Source: Laetmonice hystrix | Taxonomy: Eukaryota | Direction of reading: 5' to 3' | Assembly (NCBI GenBank): GCA_965235115.1 | Contig: OZ249436.1 | Span: 3,722,001 to 3,786,000 of the forward strand | Length of the DNA stretch: 64,000 nt | Shown: one piece after another, positions 1-13,800 of the stretch | How the letters are laid out: the number at the start of each line of letters is the position of its first letter | Numbering within the stretch: the first letter of the stretch is position 1 | Made by a program: the position numbers and the translations under genes | The notes under the pieces: model-generated | Database searches by the model: none | Told to the model about the DNA's origin: nothing | Seen by the model: the letters and a program-made list of their open reading frames with translations, nothing else

Positions 1-1248
1 CACCCACTGACCCCTGGACTGACCCCCCCCCCCCCCGCCGACACCCCTGGCCTCCTGCCCCCCCCCGACCCCCCCCCCCGGAACTGCTCCCCGATACCCC
101 GGACCTCCTGAGCTTCCCGGACTGTCCCCCTCCTAAATGAGCCCTGGACCGACTGATCCCCGTCTGACCCACACCCCCCACCCTGACCCCCGACTGTCTA
201 CTACTCAGGTCATGGTCGTGTAGGATGCTATTCCGGTCAAACCCTAGGCAGGAGCGAAGGGGAGAACTGCCTAGGGTGCCGACTTGTCACAGAAAGACCC
301 CTACGGACACAACCCGGTACCCCCCCCCCCCCCCTAACCTTGGCTTTGGGGACGCCCAAGGCTTCCAGCAGAGGCTAAGACCGGGAAATCGTGAAAACTC
401 CAACAATTTTATATTGGGACCTCCCAGGCTGGGAAAAGTCTGAGAATTTATCAATTATATGTACTCAAGTCCGGGACGAGTTCAGGAATTTGACGAACAG
501 ACTCAAATTCTAGCTGGCTGATTCAGAGTCAGGGTACCAGTCTTTATTCATTGTCGATATCCCATACTGGAAAAAATGGAAGGAGAACATGGTCCTGGAA
601 AAATTCATAAAGATCCGAGAAAAGTCTGGGAATTTTGGAAAGCAGATAGCGTGGGAGCCATAGTTAAAGCAATGGGCCAAAATGTACAAAATCCCTCCCC
701 CAACAGGCCTATTGCAAAATTATTAATTTCCAACTTCACCCAGGTTATTTTTGGCACTAAATAATAAGTCAAAATCTAACCTAAAAATAACTCTGCTTAT
801 TTCTTCACATGCTGCCATTCTTGAGATGTTTCAAACTATTCAAAAATAGATTGATTGGGGCGTGATAAACATGGCCTCTTGCTAACCATCTTGGATTATT
901 CACAAATGTAAACTTTTATGTATTGCCAGTTTTCGTGACCTTGAATGACCTAAGGTCTCAAGTAAAGGTAAAAGGTCAATTAAGGTCACATAGTTTTAGT
1001 GGCCTGGATGTCCAAAAGTTGAATGACGACATAGTAACTTTGATCATCGACATGAACTTTAGTCTGACATGCCATATTCCATGATCTTCCATGACCTATA
1101 ATATAAAGGCTAAACAATTAATTAAGTGTCACTTTCGGTTGGGCAACCCACGTTACTGTGGTTGGCTGACCGTGGTAAGAACCAAAGTTGAACTGAACAC
1201 TAAATAGTGACTATAGTCACAACAACTTACACTTGTTCTGTTTTCGCC

Positions 1249-1549
1249 CAAAGGTTCTGGGTTCGAGCCGCGGCCGCGCCGGACTTTCCTGCATAGCAGT
1301 GCTGCCGACTGTTTTGTGAAAGACCGGCCGTGTCACGATATGTCTATGTGGAGGGGCACGTTAAAGATCCCTTGGCACCTATCGATAAGAGTAGGGGTTC
1401 GCCCCGATGCCAGGTTTCCTCCTATCATCTCATTATCACCCAATGGATTTCACCGAGTGATTTAGTTACCTTGTTCTCACCCTGAAATAGCTGAAATACT
1501 GCTGACTGAGCGTTAAACACCAACTACTCACTCACTCACTCACTCACTC
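1249..1549 (+). mobile_element. 5'-truncated tRNA-derived SINE
   Basis: Near-identical to 59538-59830; keeps the B-box GGTTCGAGCC and the (ACTC)n tail; flanked by ttcgcc repeats. Confidence 0.9.
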
Positions 1550-3169
1550 GTTCGCCACCATATTGACTGGCGTCCCTGACCACATGCAGTGACCACGCTC
1601 AAACCGTGGGTCGCTGTGGTCTGGTCAGTATGACGTCATATCGACCAAACTAGGTCAACAAATTGCACTTTCGATTGGAACTAGAGCGACCATTGTGACT
1701 ACGGTCACCCAACTGCTCATATCTAAAAAGATATGTGAACATGAATGGGAAGTCGTATAAGATTTGTTTAGCACAAAATCTTTGCCTCAAATGTTGTTAA
1801 AAGGTCGGTCAAGATCATACATTTTTGAAATGGTTCATATCTCTAGAACTGTCTGAGGGAAAAAATTACAATAGAATAGATCATAGGTAGGAAGGTTTTT
1901 CAGTTGGCTGTGTCTGCATAACGGTTCGAGATAACGACAATAAATGATGGGAAGGAAGTCATATTAAATTCTGAGATGGACTGCTTAGATCTCAAAAATA
2001 CAAAATAAGAATTGTTCCTATAACCACAGACGACAATCCCTGTCTACTAGGGGACGATGGCAAGGACTGGTTTTACTAACTCTGCCATGGAGCCTCGTCT
2101 ACTGTCTTGTTCCAAAGGGTATGCGCTGTACTCAATCAAGTAACATGTGCTTTTATTTGGTGGTTTGGTAGCTTCAACATCTATGGTGTGAGAGAAAGAA
2201 AGATCCAAAACCTGGCAACAATGAGTCGGGTGGTGTCCGATGATACCCCTGCATCAGAAGCAGATAATACAGGTTTTCCAGTAATGAGAAAACCTGGGGG
2301 ACCAGGTACCATGGTGTGAACAGGATATCTTTGACAAATTGTTAAGAACCTGAATAAAATGTCACTAGTTAGTATCTTCACTATCCTGTAATCCAGGCGT
2401 TTTATGTTTCGACGGCCGGGAAAAATGCGTTGTGGTTTTATGGGTCTCGGGACGACTTCTCTCTGCTTTTGAATGAATAATTTTGTACAGACTGCGAAAA
2501 GTACAAATTTATAATCTCTTGGGTAAAGCTAGGCATCCATAGGTCTGCCGCGATGACATGTTCCATTATGGTGAATAAACCAGAAAAACTAGTAAAATCA
2601 ATGACAATTCCGGTGAGAATCCGCCATTGTGGCATCCATCAAAATCCCGCTAAACAGTATAAACCGGTGCTATGGTCCCTGCCAAATTGTACAGCGTGCA
2701 TCACGCTTTATTTGTAGAACATTTTTATAAAATAAGCGTTAATACCACCCAAAGGTCTAAACATCAAATGAAAAAAGGTCAAACAAGAATATTATGCATC
2801 GCAGCATTTACTTGCCACTCTTTTCACGCATCTCGGGGTGGAATACACACTGCGGGATCTGAATATTACGCATACGGACGCCGCGGATGCCGAGTTTATG
2901 AATGATTCAGAATTAATTATGCGAAATAAACTTGGATTCTCTAGCTTTGAGACCCAACAAACTGATTATGTTTTCTTTACATGTTTACACAGGTGTATTG
3001 TTCTACGTGTTATCTCTCCTACTAAACCTTTTAGAACATGAATAAAGTAGGCCTAGGCTATATATCCTGTTGAGCCTAACAACACTTTTGAATTAGCGCA
3101 GTCATGTAAAATGGACCCGATCTAGGTGTGATTAGACTTGTAACCTGACCGCCCCCCCCCCCCGCCCGC

Positions 3170-3202
<33 letters not shown>

Positions 3203-6200
3203 ATTATTTAACCTTGGCACCAATGCAGTCCGACTCTCATCGCCCCCCTCCTTAACCAGGTTGCATTTCAGAATGTTCTCCTACGGTGTTTTGAAGCTCC
3301 GCCATTTCAAGTATATTTATTTGCAATATTTTTATTTGCATACTATTGAAACAACCTAAAACGTTCTCAAATGGTCCCAACATGTGGTAGGCCTACAGGG
3401 ATATTTTTTATCAAATCTCTAAGGCGGACATTTGAGATTTTGGACTTTTTCTAAAACAAAATTGGACCTTTTTCAAAGGGAGCCTCCGAGGTGGTTTGGA
3501 CCTCCAGATATTTCACAAAAGATCCAAAATTATGGACCTTTTTTGTAAGCCACTGGGTCAGAGGTCCAGATATTTTACAAAAGATCCAAAGTTATGGACC
3601 TTTCTCTCCAGATGGCGCATGGCTCAGAAGTCCATGATAGGCCCTATTTCACAAAGCATCCAAAATTGCGGACCTTTCTTTCCGACATATGCCTTCCAGA
3701 TTCCAGACATTTTGGGGTTGTCAAAATTCAAGGGGGGGGGGGCAATGCCCCCTGCCCCCCCCCCCCCCCCCCCGATAAAAAATATCTCTGGGCCTTGGTT
3801 CTACGTTTTCCTGCATGCCCGACGGCCCAGTGCAAACCATTCTGCGGATACTATTATACTGGGCCTATTATACTGGGCTCACCCTGGCGCAGCTCTCATG
3901 AACACAATAAAAGCGAAATCCCTATCGGTTACATGAGTATTTTTAGCATGTCTGATCAGGCGTATTAGGTGCACAATACTGGGCGAGAAATCTGACCATT
4001 ATGATTTTTTGTACACTTGAAAAGCGTCTGAATAAAGATTTGACAACCCTCACTTAGGCCTGTAGGCCTAGGCCTACATCTTCAGAATCAAGATAGAATG
4101 CTATTTTTTTAAATACAGGTACTTCATCCTTCTTCTACCAGGCCCTGAGATAAACTTTTCGCTACTTCAAATACCAACTGGTTGATTAACTGTCGACCGA
4201 GGCCTTAATTCCGGGTATTTTTGCGAAAAAAAGCAGAAACCCGCATCTTGGCCGGGGCCTATTTTATTATCTTTTTCTCCAAAACTGGTCAAAATGTATA
4301 GATACAACCGATACCCACTAGTACTATCGATTTATTATACATGAAGACCATTTCCCCCCCTATTTTTGGATTTTTGACGTTTTACCGCAACTTCGGGTTA
4401 AATACCTACTTCCAGTGTAACTCTTTAACAGCATCTGGGCGGGCCAGAAAATTGAAATAGTCGATTTCCTTATTTACGCATGAATTTATTTAATTCTTTG
4501 TGTACACCTTCTCTGTCGCCTAAAAACACGGTCTGTGGTGTTTTTTCCCTCGTTTAAAATTGCGCGGGGCATAGAAACCCCGATTAGTCACCCGGGCCCC
4601 TAAGCGCTTGTGCTGCCACCTATCGTTAAACGTGCGTACCCATCATGTAAACAGAGGCGGCAGGTGCGGCGGTAGCCCCAATTAATTGTGTTTTAATTAA
4701 TCGCTGACCTTTCCCATTAGAGTTTTTAATATTAATTAGGATATATGACGTTTCTGTAACTTCTTAAATGTAAATGGACCCATCGCTCCTATCATCCTAC
4801 CGATCAGGACCGTGATTCACCTCACTTCGTCGGTACGGCTGGCGGCGGTTGACAGCCGCACTCAGCCGGCCGCCGGGACAAGCCGGAGGGGGCCAGTCGT
4901 AATCCTGAGAAGGGGGAGGGGGGGGGGGGGGCAGTTTCTCACCCATTGTAACCCCAGTTTTTAAAACAGATTCCGGATGCCCCTCCCCCTTTCAGGCTTT
5001 GACTCCTTCCCACCCCGTCGCACGGGGTGGGAGGGATTTATGGGCTATACGTGTACTCTACTGTTGGGAGGGATAAATATAGTGTTACCTAGGCCAAGTG
5101 ATACATCATTCTAAAGCCAATCACTTTTGGAATTAAACAGTTGTAACTTTGAAAAAATTCGTGTTGCCATGGTAACAGAATGGGTTTCTGCATAATAGGG
5201 ATATTTTCTGTCTTTACTAGAAATATGAATGAATTGAAAGTGGTTTTTTTCAATGATATGAAAGAGCCAATGTTCCTTTAATTATTTTATATATTTCTAG
5301 TTGTTCAATGCAAAATCTATGCATGTTGAAATACTAAATAGCAAATTTACACCACGTGACAGACTTCTTTGACTATTATTGTGAATATGTCACGTGACCC
5401 ACACTTCCAGCACTCGGATACGTGCAGGTCACTGCTGAAATGTGAAAAATCTGGAGATGGGGCCATATTTTAATTTATTTCTCTCATTAAAAAAAAAATA
5501 CCTCAAAGGTCAAAGGTCACAGGGCATGAACTTTGGCTCAAGAATCATCGTTCATATTTGAACGATTTTACCATTGTCAGTCCTGAAAGGTCTATACTTA
5601 TCTATAGTGGCTAGTCAACAGTCAACGCAGGTAGGGGCACAGTGTAAAGACGACCGCTCTCCTGGGTGGTGGTGGTGGGGGGGGGGGGGGGGGGCACGCA
5701 TTGTAACCCTGGGCAGCTTTTTCAAATACGGATTCTAGATTCACAAGGAACAAGATTTACCCGGGGGGGGGGGGAGGGCGGTCTATGCTAAGTTCTATGC
5801 TGTGGCTGGTCTAGGGGCGATATTTTAAATTCAATAAGGCAAGTTTTCAAAAGTTAATGGTAAATAGATTACACCAAGAATGTAGGCGCCATATAGGGCC
5901 TCAATGTCATACATGTCATAATCAAAACCTCTTGTTAGAATTTCTTCAAATTTTTCTACATGTTGGCCCATGTAATATCTGTTTCTAATATGTTACTAAA
6001 TTTATGAGGTCAAACAGGCCTACTTGTTAGGCCTTCATTGGAAATATTTATGGAGGATTATAGCTACCATAAGGTTTTCCTCGAGAATTTCACCTTTGGG
6101 GGTTGGGAGGAGGGGGGAGTTGAAAAATGTTCGTCTCATCAGCCTAGAGTTAAATATAAAGAACGTTTTGGGCTTGGGAGGAACTAACTTTTGGATGGGC

Positions 6201-6752
6201 CTAACACCTCATACACGTCACACTAACGCGATCTTTCACAGAACAACTCAAGACAGGTGTCGTAATAGGGATGCTTTACAATTATTATTTATTCTTCTCG
6301 GGATGCTTCACAAATATTTAATTTGTTCTTCTACATCACTTTGGGATCGTCCTTAACGATGACACACGGATACATTAAATCTTCAATTTTAAAGTGGCAT
6401 GAAAAACTCCCCAGATACTTACCTTTCAACCCCAGGGATACCATGTTAAAATTTCAGGTTCGAACCATAAGCCAAAGTATGTCAAAAGAGGAAGGGAAAA
6501 ATATGTCTGGGCGGCTTTCCTCCATAAACCATGCCAAAATGAGGTAAAGAAATTACTCATTAGACCTACTTTATTGAGAGGGGGAAACTGTTACTTACAG
6601 TATACTGACAAATGGAGTAAATCTTTACTGAGTACAGTACTGATAAAAATAATGACAATACCACCATTGTAAAACAGAGAGAAAAAAAAGTCTAACTGGG
6701 TCCCTATCCACCTATTAATGTTTTAACCTTGCCTTTTACAGGATCAGGCCAG

Positions 6753-7317
6753 TGTCACCGTTATGATTGTTGGTTTTCCCAAACGTTCGTAACGATAACT
6801 AGTTGGTTGCTGTGTTGATGATGGTTTACTATTCTTCTTCTGTACTGGTACAATATGGCAAATGGCAGAGCAATTGGGATTCCAGCGGACTCTATTCCAA
6901 GTTGCTAGCTGACTGACAGTGGTTGTCCAACAGTGGTTTACCAACTTCCCAACTGATTGCCAACTCAAACTTAACTTGACTCTTATATAGTCCAGAGCTA
7001 GATAACATTACATAGAGAGACAGTCCTAACAATAAAGAATACAACAATACGGATTAAAGTTAAACATAGAAAGCTGACTGTCATCATTACAAGTATGGGT
7101 GGAGCCAGAAGGCATTCACACCCTTAACATTTCAAAGGTGTCAGCCTGGCCAGACGTGGCCAGGGGTTGGCGGCTTTATCACAAACACTAATCCGTCCAT
7201 ATGGGCTTCTTAACAAACAGAAGATGAAAGAACATACAATAAGAAAACACATGACTTATCAGAGACATAAATATATACAGATATGAAATATAATTATGTG
7301 AGGATCTATCCGTAACA
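6753..7317 (-). mobile_element. Solo LTR (Gypsy-like)
   Basis: TGTCAC..GTAACA termini, 4-bp TSD CCAG on both sides; on the - strand TATATAA (6983-6989) precedes AGTAAA (6825-6830). Confidence 0.65.
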
Positions 7318-7819
7318 CCAGACGTACTGACATGATGATACAGCATTATTATTTGTCACCCACTCACTCAACCTCTTCATCAATCAATCAACCACCGAAA
7401 CACCAACTTTCATTGTTCCATTCCGTTTTGTGTTGCCATGGCATAGGTTACCCAAATACATGTCTGCGAATTTCCTGAAGGGGGTGGGGCATCACTGTTA
7501 AAGATTTTAAGGAGCAGCTCGCATCTAAGACGGTGATGTTGTGTTACAAATCTTGTCCAGATGGTCCTTTCCATATTAATGGATGTCCTTCCTTTCTCCT
7601 GGTCTGGCTGAGATTACTCTCTAGCGCGTGATGCAAACCTAAAAAAGAAACATTCAAATGAAAAATCAGTAATTAACACATAAAATAACACTCATTACCT
7701 ATAATGAAAGGTTGTGAATACAAACAATTAGAAAAGAGAATGCAACCATCAAAAGTTACTGACCAAAAGGTATAGGTAATTAGGCTATTCTAGGTAAACA
7801 TTCCTGCCTGTAAACTTAA

Positions 7820-8436
7820 GCCCTGAACCCACTATGCGATTTCTGCTTGCAACACCAGTTGCAAGCATGGTGACACAGCTTGTCGCAAGGCTTGCCACGA
7901 GCCGCCTTGAGACTCAGGGACCCGAACCTACTTTGCGACCAATTCTTGCTATCAGCGTCCCAGGCTTTGCAACTGAAAGCCTACGTACGGACGTATTTTG
8001 GTCACATGATTTTGGACTTATGCTTGCGATACTAATTGCAAGCCTTGCGATTGATGTCGCAAAGTGGGTTCCCTTGTCGCAAGCCTTGCAACTCAGCCCT
8101 TGGTCGCAAGAATTGAGTCACATGGCTTCCGATAATATCAAACATGTTTGATATTTCCCCCTCTTGTCGCAAGGCTTGCGACCAACGCCAGACTCGTCGC
8201 TAGGCAATGACCAATCAGATGGGGAGCAATGACATCATGTGACCAAAATACGTACGTACGTACGTAGGCCTAGCATATGACGCAATAAAGGGCCTTCAGT
8301 TGCAAAGCCTGGGACGCTGAATACAAGAATTGGTCGCAAAGTGGGTTCGGGTCCCTGAGTCTCAAGGCTTGCGACAGGCTCGTCGCCATGCTTGCAACGG
8401 GTGTTGCAAGCAGAAATCGCATAGTGGGTTCAGGGC
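7820..8436. mobile_element. Palindromic MITE at a TTAA site
   Basis: Long inverted arms GCCCTGAACCCACTATGCGATTTCTGCTTGCAACACC / reverse complement; TTAA on both sides; internal TCGCAAG repeats. Confidence 0.9.
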
Positions 8437-8994
8437 TTAACCCTGATCACAATCTTTTAGCTTTGTTTACTCACTGGCTTCACACAAGGGTGATTTACTT
8501 GTCGCATTTTGTTACAAATCAAAGAAACATCCAATAATTCCATGGAAGTATCTATTTTCATGGTTTATGTACACATTTTGTCATTTTCTTGACTGATTAT
8601 TGGCCTGTCATACCGAAAGTAGGCTGTGCAGTGTCACTAGGCACTTGCTCCTTCAAACGCCTGACCAGTAATGAAGGCCATGATTACGATTGTCCATACA
8701 ACACATTATCATGCAGTGTTTCCAGATGGACGAACGGACGTTCCTAGGCCCAAGTGGGTATGTGTTTACAAGAGATCCAAGTGATCAAACGAATCTCATG
8801 CTTGAAAAGGATGTGGTACTTGTATTAAAGTTCTGTAGAAAACTGTTTATAACTACAACAATTTATCGAGTCCTCCAATTTGGTTAGCAGAAATACCTTT
8901 ACTGGTATACTACTGAAGAGGCGAATAGGGGTTTTAGAAAGCCGGATGGGATTTATCCTCGATTCATGACTACCGGACTGCTTTTATGAATTTT

Positions 8995-10810
8995 GACTAA
9001 ACACTAAACCTTAAGGGGTTGACCTTGATGGTTAGGAAGGTGTGTCCCTGAATGCCTGAACGGTCAGACACTGATGGCGTGAACCTGACGGCCTTCAGGT
9101 CTGACAATGAATGCTTGGAGGGCTTAACCCTGATGGCTGAAGGGTCAGATATTGGTGGCCTAACCCTGGCATGATGATCTTCAGGTACTACACTGAAATA
9201 CCTGGAAGGCCTAACAACGACTGTCTGGAGGGTCTCAGATTGCATGCCTGACCCTAACACTGAATTACTGGAGGGGCTAACACGGACTGTCAGGAGGGTC
9301 TGACATTGCATACCTGACACTGATGGTCTGCAGGTCTGACACTCAATGCCTGGAGGGCTTAACAATGTACCGACTGTGGAGGGCCTAACATTGAAGACCC
9401 TGAGAGCCTAACACTGACTGACTGGAGGGTCTGCCTCTGTCTTACCTGGCGGAGTCACACACTGCATGCCTGACCCTGTCGGCCTGCAGGGGTAACACTG
9501 AATCCTCCGAGGGCTTAACAATGACTGACTGGAGGGTAGGTGCCTGCTGACCTGAATGGTCAGACTTTGGCAGACCTGAAGACCTAAAGGCCGGTTTATA
9601 GTCCGTCTGCCGACCACCGGCCGACCATCGCTCGACCTGAGGTCAAAGTTCACGTACTTAACGTTCAGCGATGGTCGGCCGACGGACTTTATACCGGCCT
9701 TTACGCTGAATGTCTGGAGGGTTGACCTAAACACTTGGCCTGAAGGCCTGAAAATGAATGCCTAGAGGGACGAACACTGACTCAGGAGAGCGTTTGCCCC
9801 TATCGAACTGAATGGTCAGACATTGTTCACCAGACACTGACTGTATGCAGGTCTGACATTGAATGCCCGGAGTCCCTAAGACCGACTCACTGAAGGGGTT
9901 GAACCTGTCGACCTAAATGGTTAGATATTGGTGGCCCGGAAGGCCTAACACTGAATGCCTGGAGGGCCTACCACTGACTGTCTGGAGGGTCTGACATTCC
10001 ATGCCTGACCCTGCAGGCCTGCAATGCATGGAGGGCCTGACACTGACCGCCTGGAGGGTCTAACACTGAAGACCCTGACAGCCTATCACTGACTGACTGA
10101 CTGACTGACTGACTGGAGAGTCTGACTATGTTCCCTTGGAGGTGTCAGACATTGCATGCCTGACACTGACGACCTGCAGGTCAGACAGTGAATGCCTGGA
10201 GGGCCTGGCACTGACTGCCCGGAGGGTCTAACACTGAAGACCCTGAGAGCCTATTACTGAGTGACTCACTGGAGGGTCTGACTGAGTGACTCTGTTCCCC
10301 TGGAGGTGTCAGACATTGATTGCATGCCTGACCCTTACGGCCTGCACGTCAGACACTGAATCTCTGCAGGGCTTAAGACTGACTCAGTGGAGAGTTTGAC
10401 CCTGTTGAATGGTCAGACCTTGGCGGAGCAGCGGGCCCAACACTGTCTGGGGGGTTGACCTGAACACTGATGTCCTGCAAGTCTGACACTAACACCGCCC
10501 GGAGGGTCTATCACTGACGGCTTGGAGGGCATAGCAGAGTTTGACTCTGTTAATCTGAATGACCAGACAATAAAGAACACTGCCTGAAGAACACTGCCTG
10601 ACTGGAAGAACACTGCCTGACTGGAGGGTCTGACTCTCTCCACCTGGAGCTGTCAGACATTGCATGCCTGACCCTGACAGCTTGCAGGTCTGACACTCAA
10701 TGCCTGGCGGCCTTTATACTGTCTGACCCTGTAGGTGTGACAGAAAATGCCTCGAGGCCCTGCTGACCACACCTTGGCGGACTAGAGGGCCTAACATTGA
10801 ATGTTTGGTT
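8995..10810. repeat. Degenerate left flank of the 23-bp satellite
   Basis: Diverged ctggagggtct / cactga / cattgcatgcctgac motifs; a similar flank lies at 18830-18980 and 19670-19770. Confidence 0.75.
9585..9703. mobile_element. Short hairpin MITE inserted into degenerate satellite
   Basis: TAAAGGCCGGT..AGTCCGTC / GACGGACT..ACCGGCCTTTA interrupts a cctaac(a/g)ctgaatg motif. Confidence 0.75.
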
Positions 10811-13800
10811 GATCTGAACACTGACTGCCTGGACAGCCTAACACTGCTCGCCTGGAGGGCCTAACACCGACTGCCTGGAGGGCCTAACACCGACTGCATG
10901 GAGGGCCTCACACCGACCGACTGGAGGGATTAACATTGACTGACTGGAGAGCCTAACACTGACCGGCTGGAGAGCCTAACACTGACTGCCTGGAGGGTCT
11001 AACACTGACTGCCCGGAACATCTAACACTGTCCGCCTGGAGAGCCTAACACTGACCGGCTGGAGCGTCTAACACTTACCGACTGGAGGGTCTAACACTGA
11101 CTGCCTGGAGGGTCTAACACTGAACGACTGGACCATCTAACACTGACCGACTGGAGCGTCTAACAGTGACTACCTGGAGCGTCTAACAGTGACTACCTGG
11201 AACGTCTAACAGTGACTACCTGGAACGTCTAACAGTGACTACCTGGAACGTCTAACAGTGACTGCCTGGAGCGTCTAACAGTGACTGCCTGGACCATCTA
11301 ACACTGACCGGCTGGAGCGTCTAACTCTGACTGCCTGGAGAGCCTAACACTAACCGGCTGGAGAGCCTAACACTGACTGCCTGGAGGGTCTAACACTGAC
11401 TGCCTGGGGCGTCTAACACTGACCGCCTGGAGGGTCTAACACTGACTGCCTGGGGCGTCTAACACTGACCGCCTGGAGCGTCTAACACTGACTGCCTGAA
11501 ACATATAACACTGACCGGCTGGAGCGTCTAACACCTACCCACTGGAGGGTCTAACACTGACTGCCTGGAGCGTCTAACACTGAACGACTGGCCCATCTAA
11601 CACTCACCGACTGGAGGGTCTAACACTGACTGCCTGGAGGGTCTAACAGTGACTGCCTGGAGCGTCTAACAGTGACTGCCTGGAGCGTATAACACTGACT
11701 GTCTGGAGCGTCTAACACTGACCGGCTGGAGCGTCTAACACTGACTGCCTGAAACATATAACACTGACCGGCTGGAGCGTCTAACACCTACCCACTGGAG
11801 GGTCTAACACTGACTGCCTGGAGCGTCTAACACTGAACGACTGGCCCATCTAACACTCACCGACTGGAGGGTCTAACACTGACTGCCTGGAGGGTCTAAC
11901 AGTGACTGCCTGGAGCGTCTAACAGTGACTGCCTGGAGCGTATAACACTGACTGTCTGGAGCGTCTAACACTGACCGGCTGGAGCGTCTAACACTGACTG
12001 CCTGGCGAGCCTAACACTGACCGGCTGGAGCATCTAACACTGACCGATTGGAGGGTCTAACACTGACTGCCTGGAGCGTCTAACACTGACCAGCTGGAGC
12101 ATCTAACACTGACCGACTGGATGGTCTAACACTGACTGCCTGGAGCATCTAACACTGACCGGCTGGAGCGTCTAACACTTACCGACTGGAGGGTCTAACA
12201 CTGACTGCCTGGAGGGTCTAACACTGACTGACTGGAGCATCTAACACTGACCGGCTGGAGCGTCTAACACTTACCGACTGGAGGGTCTAACACTGACTGC
12301 CTGGAGGATCTAACACTGACCGCCTGGAGGTCCCAACACTGACTACCTGTAGCATCTAACACTGACCGGCTGGAGCGTCTAACACTGACCGACTGGAGCA
12401 TGTAACACTCACCGACTGGAGGGTCTAACACTGACTGCCTGGGGCGTCTAACACTGACCGCCTGGAGCGTCTAACACTGACTGCCTGAAACATATAACAC
12501 TGACCGGCTGGAGCGTCTAACACTTACCCACTGGAGGGTCTAACACTGACTGTCCGGAGCGTCTAACACTGAACGACTGGCCCATCTAACACTCACCGAC
12601 TGGAGGGTCTAACACTGACTGCCTGGAGGGTCTAACAGTGACTGCCTGGAGGGTCTAACACTGACTGCCTGGGGCGTCTAACACTGACCGCCTGGAGCGT
12701 CTAACACTTACCGACTGGAGGGTCTAACACTGACTGCCTGGAGGATCTAACACTGACCGCCTGGAGGTCCCAACACTGACTACCTGTAGCATCTAACACT
12801 GACCGGCTGGAGCGTCTAACACTGACCGACTGGAGCATATAACACTCACCGACTGGAGGGTCTAACACTGACTGCCTGGGGCGTCTAACACTGACCGCCT
12901 GGAGCGTCTAACACTGACTGCCTGAAACATATAACACTGACCGGCTGGAGCGTCTAACACTTACCCACTGGAGGGTCTAACACTGACTGTCTGGAGCGTC
13001 TAACACTGAACGACTGGCCCATCTAACACTCACCGACTGGAGGGTCTAACACTGACTGCCTGGAGGGTCTAACAGTGACTGCCTGGAGGGTCTAACACTG
13101 ACTGCCTGGGGCGTCTAACACTGACCGCCTGGAGCGTCTAACACTGACTGCCTGAAACATATAACACTGACCGGCTGGAGCGTCTAACACCTACCCACTG
13201 GAGGGTCTAACACTGACTGCCTGGAGCGTCTAACACTGAACGACTGGCCCATCTAACACTCACCGACTGGAGGGTCTAACACTGACTGCCTGGAGGGTCT
13301 AACAGTGACTGCCTGGAGCGTCTAACAGTGACTGCCTGGAGCGTATAACACTGACTGTCTGGAGCGTCTAACACTGACCGGCTGGAGCGTCTAACACTGA
13401 CTGCCTGGAGGGTCTAACACTGACTGCCTGGGGCGTCTAACACTGACCGCCTGGAGGGTCTAACACTGACTGCCTGGGGCGTCTAACACTGACCGCCTGG
13501 AGCGTCTAACACTGACTGCCTGAAACATATAACACTGACCGGCTGGAGCGTCTAACACCTACCCACTGGAGGGTCTAACACTGACTGCCTGGAGCGTCTA
13601 ACACTGAACGACTGGCCCATCTAACACTCACCGACTGGAGGGTCTAACACTGACTGCCTGGAGGGTCTAACAGTGACTGCCTGGAGCGTCTAACAGTGAC
13701 TGCCTGGAGCGTATAACACTGACTGTCTGGAGCGTCTAACACTGACCGGCTGGAGCGTCTAACACTGACTGCCTGAAACATATAACACTGACCGGCTGGA

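Noticed and set aside
1730..2640. Possible - strand exons (acceptor-like sites near 2350 and 1855)
   Set aside because: Translations are short with stops and resemble nothing I recognise; no consistent exon chain.
5163..5176. RFX X-box GTTGCCATGGTAAC
   Set aside because: Good motif, but no associated gene start; such palindromes are common inside DNA transposon remnants.
7543..7640. Possible - strand terminal exon (..LHHALESNLSQTRRKEGHPLIWKGPSGQDL*)
   Set aside because: Good acceptor, but no upstream partner exon or homology can be supported.
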